Assembly (NCBI GenBank): GCA_013265495.1
Contig: MU057809.1
Span: forward strand, 62,001-126,000
DNA from: Vicugna vicugna
Lineage: Eukaryota
Direction: 5' to 3'
Length of the DNA stretch: 64,000 nt
Shown: positions 59,389 to 64,000 of the stretch, piece after piece
How the letters are laid out: each line of letters begins with the position of its first letter
Position numbering within the stretch: the stretch's first letter is position 1
Program-made: the position numbers and the translations under genes
The notes under the pieces: model-generated
What the model saw: only the letters and a program-made list of their open reading frames with translations
Told to the model about the DNA's origin: nothing
Database searches by the model: none

Positions 59389-59678
59389 TTTTAAGCAACC
59401 TCATTATCCAGTTAATTTTAATTGAAAAGTAATAGTTTTCATTACTTTGGAAAATATAGGAAGCGCAAAGAAGAAAATAAAAATGCCCCTAGTCTGCGAC
59501 AGAAGGAAGACTGCTGATGAACATTTCCACGTACTTGCCCTTAGTGCGTGTGTGTGTCGTGGTGGACGTTTTTCTGTGATGCTCTGTTTTGTAGTTTTGA
59601 CCTACTCTGTAGTTACGGTTACTTGAAGCCAGATTTAACTTCTCATTTGCATTGCCTTTGGAATTCCTTGCTGTTCAG

Positions 59679-59909
59679 GTTGGTGACGAGGCTTTCCACT
59701 GGCATCGGGTGAATGAAGCAGAAAGGCAGACGGCCTCTGTGTCTGGACAGTGTCACAGCCATGACCAGAAACTTCAAGAACTGACAGCTTCGCTTCAGAA
59801 GCTGCAGGCGCGGGTAGACCAGATGGACGACAGTGCTGAAGGGCTCCTGTCCATGATTCAGAGCACGGTGGGGCGGCGTTTAGAGGAGGCTGGACTGTCG
59901 GGCTCCGAG
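59679..59909 (+). CDS. SUN1: SUN1 coding exon (start of luminal coiled coil)
   Basis: gttcag acceptor and GAG|gtaatg donor; 231 nt; ...SGQCHSHDQKLQELTASLQKLQARVDQMD. Confidence 0.93.
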
Positions 59910-61784
59910 GTAATGCCAGGCAGCTTTCAGGCGCTTTGTTTTCCTTTGGGGCACGAGGGACGGGAGGGCACTGCGGTGAGAAGTGGTGTGGTGCGTGGAG
60001 GCAGTGCCAGGAGCCGTGGGGCTGTGGACGCCCCCAGAGGAGGTGCCACGTCTGACGCCGGCAGTGGAGGGGGCACCGAGGGGCTGGGAGGGCGGGAAGA
60101 CTGGGGCGGGTAGAGGCACCAAGGGTGACGGCCAGGAGTGAGGTCGGCTGTAGCCAGACAGACGAAGGGTCTCTAGCCTGCACTCTAACTGGTGAATGGA
60201 TTATACGTAATGCGGTGAAGTTTTACCAAGGGTGTCAGGAGTGATTAGGTTTCCTACCAACGTTCATTCGAAAGGTTTGGATCTGTGATGTAAAGTGTCT
60301 TGAGAGTGTGAAATAGTTAAAGAGCAGCTGCCACTCTTACGGAACCGCAGGCCTACGTGTGGCTGTCCTGTTGGCCTGCTTTGTCGAGGAAAGGGTTGTC
60401 AGCCTGTTTCCCTCAAAACTGATGTCTGTTTTCTTGCGTTCCAAAGTCACTTAATGTGGATACTTCAGACTGAAGTCTTCGAAGTGGGTCTCGTCTCTTG
60501 TCTCAGCAGAGGCTTGTCCCTGGTGTCGCTTACCTCAGCAGAGAGCCCACTGCCCACCCAGCTGTCCCCACCTCGGCCCCAGCGTGACCCTCAGTCCCTG
60601 GTCGCTGGTGATGCATCCGTCTGCTGCGTGGTCAGCCTCCGGCCGGCTGTGGCCCCACTGTGCTCCTGAGCGGGCCTGACTCTGCTCTGTCAGTGGCCCC
60701 CCACAGCCAGGCTTCTCTGGTGACCCCCCAGCTGGTCTTGGGGCGCATGTCCCTCATGGGGCTGCTCCCTGCCCAGGTTCCTGCCCTGGCCCAGCGCGGC
60801 CCCCACCCCTGGTTTGCCTGTGGCAGTACCAGCATTTGCCACCGCTGAAGCTGCTTGCTGCTTATTTAATTTGCTGTGTTCTCTCACCTGTTAGGGACAG
60901 AAATGAGTGTGTGCCGATTGACTGTTTTGTTGATCGTGGTTTGGCCCCTGTGACATGCTGACCGGACCCAGGGTCCCAGGGTGGGTCCCGCCTGCTTCAT
61001 GCACCCCGGGTCGCCCTGCAGCACTCGCTCAGGACCCCGGGCCTCCGGCACCGAGTCCTGCACAGCTGCTTGTTCTCAGTTTCTTAGTTGTCGGACTGAG
61101 GTGATTTCAGGTAGAGCGTTCGTGCAGCGGTGCCTGCACGTTCCTGGTGGCCGTGGGCAGCTGTGCGGTCGGGGGCGGAGCAGGACCAGCGGCCCCTGCG
61201 GGTGGCTGGCAGGTGAGGCAGAGCAGCAGAGCAGCACTGGCTGAAGCCAGTGCTCTGCATAGACTCGAGGTCAGGGCGGAACAGCCGGAACCTCCAGGTG
61301 GCAGGTTGCTGGCTGCGTGTCCCTGTAGGCAGGATGCCGCGCCTGGGTGAGCGCCGCCGGGGCAGCGGTCCGCGTCTCACCGCCTGGGCTGCCACGGACA
61401 AGGAGAGCCTTGTAGACGTGACCGCGGCACGGCTGCAACCTTCAGTGATGGCTGAGCTGACCGCCCTCGTGAAGGAAGCCAGACTCTGGTTCAGAGGAAA
61501 CGAGGGTCAGTTGTCTAGCGGTTTACAAGCCAGACTTCGTGCAGCGCGGGCTCGTTTTAAAATCAGGTTCTAAGTTGGATCCGCTTAGTGCAGACTTGCC
61601 CATTCCTCCTGCGCCGTCCCGAGAGCCCCCGAGAGCGGCGTGGTGGTGGTGGTGGTGGTCTGTCCCGCCGGGCAGAGCCCAGGTCTTGTTAAGGAGCCTG
61701 ACCACCTGGTTACTGGCCGCCCGCTGGCCGCCCGGGATCCTGGCATGTGTCTGCCTCATGTATTTGCCTTGTCCCAGGGACTTG

Positions 61785-61925
61785 CCACCAGCTGCGTGTG
61801 GCTGCATACATTTAAATTAATTAAAACAAAATAAAATTTAGTTTCTCTGTTGCCCCAGCCACGTCTCCCATGCTCAGTGGCACATGTGGCCTTCGTGGGG
61901 GCCAGTTTATCCTGACACAGCGCAG
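61785..61925. mobile_element. MER3-like hAT MITE fragment
   Basis: tttaaattaattaaaa...aaaatttagtttctctgttgc...cagccac...catgtggc. Confidence 0.6.
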
Positions 61926-62408
61926 CCCAGGGGCTGCCCTCCCACCCTGACAGCTGAAGAAGTGGGTGGGACTGTGTCGGACAGAGGACAGTTTTCAGAG
62001 TCTCTTGTGTTGAGGAAACGCAGTCCCCTCTGGATGCGTGTGCCGGGGCGTGTGCCGGGGCGGAGTCAGCGCGCTGCCCTTCAGGTCCCGGCTTCAGGGG
62101 TGCCCGGTGGGTGTTTGCCGAGCGGGTGGTGACGGCTCCTCCCCTACCAGCGCCTCCCCTGTCGTCACTGCTTCCGAGTCCGCACGCTCGTGTAACGAGC
62201 GCTGTTGGGGCGTTTTGTTTTAGCGCAGCCTTTGGGCTCTCAGGTGAAGACACGGACGTCACCTCCAGGACGCTGTGCCCACTTGTGAGCAGACAGCCCC
62301 TCACTTTTGGGCACTCCGTGTGGAACTGACTTGCCTGATGGGCCGGGTTTGGGCTTGATGTGCTGCTTAACCTTCTTTTCCGTTTGTTCGTTCGTTTTCC
62401 TCTTCAAG

Positions 62409-62495
62409 ATGGACTGCGTGGCTGCCCACCAAGAACATGGATCACGCATCTCCCACTTGGAAGATGTTCTCAGGAAGCTGACAGAAAACTCTGAG
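62409..62495 (+). CDS. SUN1: SUN1 coding exon
   Basis: ttcaag acceptor and GAG|gtaccc donor; 87 nt; MDCVAAHQEHGSRISHLEDVLRKLTENSE. Confidence 0.93.
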
Positions 62496-63597
62496 GTACC
62501 CACTCTCCACCCCTTAGTTGTAGCCCCAGCACCGTGGCTTCCTCCGTCGTCGTCGCCCAGTCACTGTCTTCGTGGCCCCACCGCCTTCGGGTGCTTCTGT
62601 AGGTACTTGCCGCCGTCCTTCGTAAAGCTGAAGAAAGCACCCTCCCCGGCGGCCTTTCCCTGGGCAGCCCCGCTCCAGAGCTTTAGCGTTAGAGTGTCTG
62701 CAGCCCACTGGTTTTTGGTGTCTTTTTAAGAGGGGCCGGGGCCAGGCTTTGAAAACAGGAGGCAGGTCTCCAGGTTCTGGGGTCCCCGAGTCTCTTGGAT
62801 GTCACACAGCCTCCACCAGTGTGACCTTGTCGGCAGAGGGGTGTGAGCCTTCCGGCAGACCGGTTTTCTGGTTGGAGGGGCTGTTGAGGTCCAGCGTTGG
62901 TGGCAGCGGAGGGAGGCACCCAGGTGTGGGCCGGGGCCGGTGGGGACGTGCCTGCTGGCTGGCCTCAGGGGAGACACACAGCCCTCGGGGGGCTCAGGAT
63001 TGGCTGCCGCATTGCTGACACTGGTGGTGTCTGCGGGTGCAGTCCATTTGCTGACCAGACGTTTCCTGAGTGTGGAGGGGAGGGGGCCGAGGAGGAGGCA
63101 GGTGTCCTGCCTGGACCCGCCCAGGGCCCCCGCTGCCCTGGGCGCCATCGAGGCTCAGCCTAACGAGCGGACCAGCTAACCCACCCCGTCTGCGAGCTGC
63201 CATCTTAGGAAGTCCTGCTGCTCGCGTAAACGGGCCCTTTTCTTTCCCTCGTCCCTCCGCGTTTAGAAGACACTCTCAGAGGTGGCGGTGCCGCCGTCCT
63301 CAGCCTGCGTGCTGAGTCCGGGGGCGGCTTAACCGAAAGCCCACGAAGCCGCTCCCTGTGATTTGTGCACCTCTCTGAGCACGTGGTGTATGTCTTTTAA
63401 GAGTTTGCTTTGAAAAATAGACATCCCTCTCCAGCCAGCAGGCAGGTCTGGACTTTGAATTAAGGGGGAAGAAAATCTCAGATGCGTGTGTGCATTTTCA
63501 TTTATATCTGTATCTGTATGTAAAGTCAAGTGTATGGTTCATGGAAAGTTAGTGTGTAACTTGTGTGTTTAAACGGACTGTTTCTGCCACCCTTTAG

Positions 63598-63641
63598 GCC
63601 ATCCAGAAGGAGTTAGAAGAGACCACTCTGAGGACAGTGAG
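63598..63641 (+). CDS. SUN1: SUN1 coding exon; gene continues beyond the window
   Basis: ctttag acceptor and AG|gtaggg donor; 44 nt; AIQKELEETTLRTV. Confidence 0.92.
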
Positions 63642-64000
63642 GTAGGGGAAATTCAGATGAATTCCTGTCCCTCTGGCGTGTCCCCCTTTTGGCCGCTGTG
63701 TGCACCTGGCTTGGCGGGCTGTGGCGGGCAGGCACGCTCACCTCTCAGAGACCCTCTCTGGGGCACCTGAGGGTGGAGGGGGCCTGGGGGCTTGTTGCCG
63801 TCACCCCACGCAGTCACCCTGGCTGTGCCTGGAGAGACTCGCTGCCTGGACGGGTCTACAGGGGCCCCAGGGCCGGACGAGCTCATGTCCCAGGGTAGAG
63901 CGGGCCCCACGCCACCTGGCTCGGCCCTTGTCCCCACTCAGCAGCCTCTCCAGTAGACGCAGCCCCATCTCTCAGCGGCCTAAGGGTGGTGGCATTTGGT

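Noticed and set aside
1..64000. CRISPR arrays, operons or prokaryote-type defence systems
   Set aside because: The sequence is mammalian with spliceosomal introns; no repeat-spacer array was seen

Overview
Mammalian genomic DNA, GC-rich and repeat-dense. It is most likely camelid, judged from tRNA-derived Vic-1-like SINEs. The window holds the last five coding exons of DNAAF5/HEATR2 (+ strand, stop at 9137-9139) and two CpG-island promoters (about 14.0-15.4 kb and 32.0-33.1 kb; the second is interrupted by a 232-N gap). It also holds the 5' part of SUN1 (+ strand, ATG at 44344, 14 coding exons up to the window end). Most six-frame ORFs are noise from high GC content. The most interesting unexplained signal is a chain of decayed, exon-like, + strand segments between about 21 and 30.6 kb. 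By eye they translate colinearly into something resembling the stem/tail of an axonemal dynein heavy chain (DNAH6/DNAH14-like), which would make this a candidate unitary pseudogene beside a dynein assembly factor. Other points of interest are an apparently lost SUN1 cassette exon, a candidate extra in-frame SUN1 exon, a two-codon uORF, an NF-Y/CHR-like promoter layout and a templated insertion in a Tigger1 element. All homology calls are from memory, not from searches.
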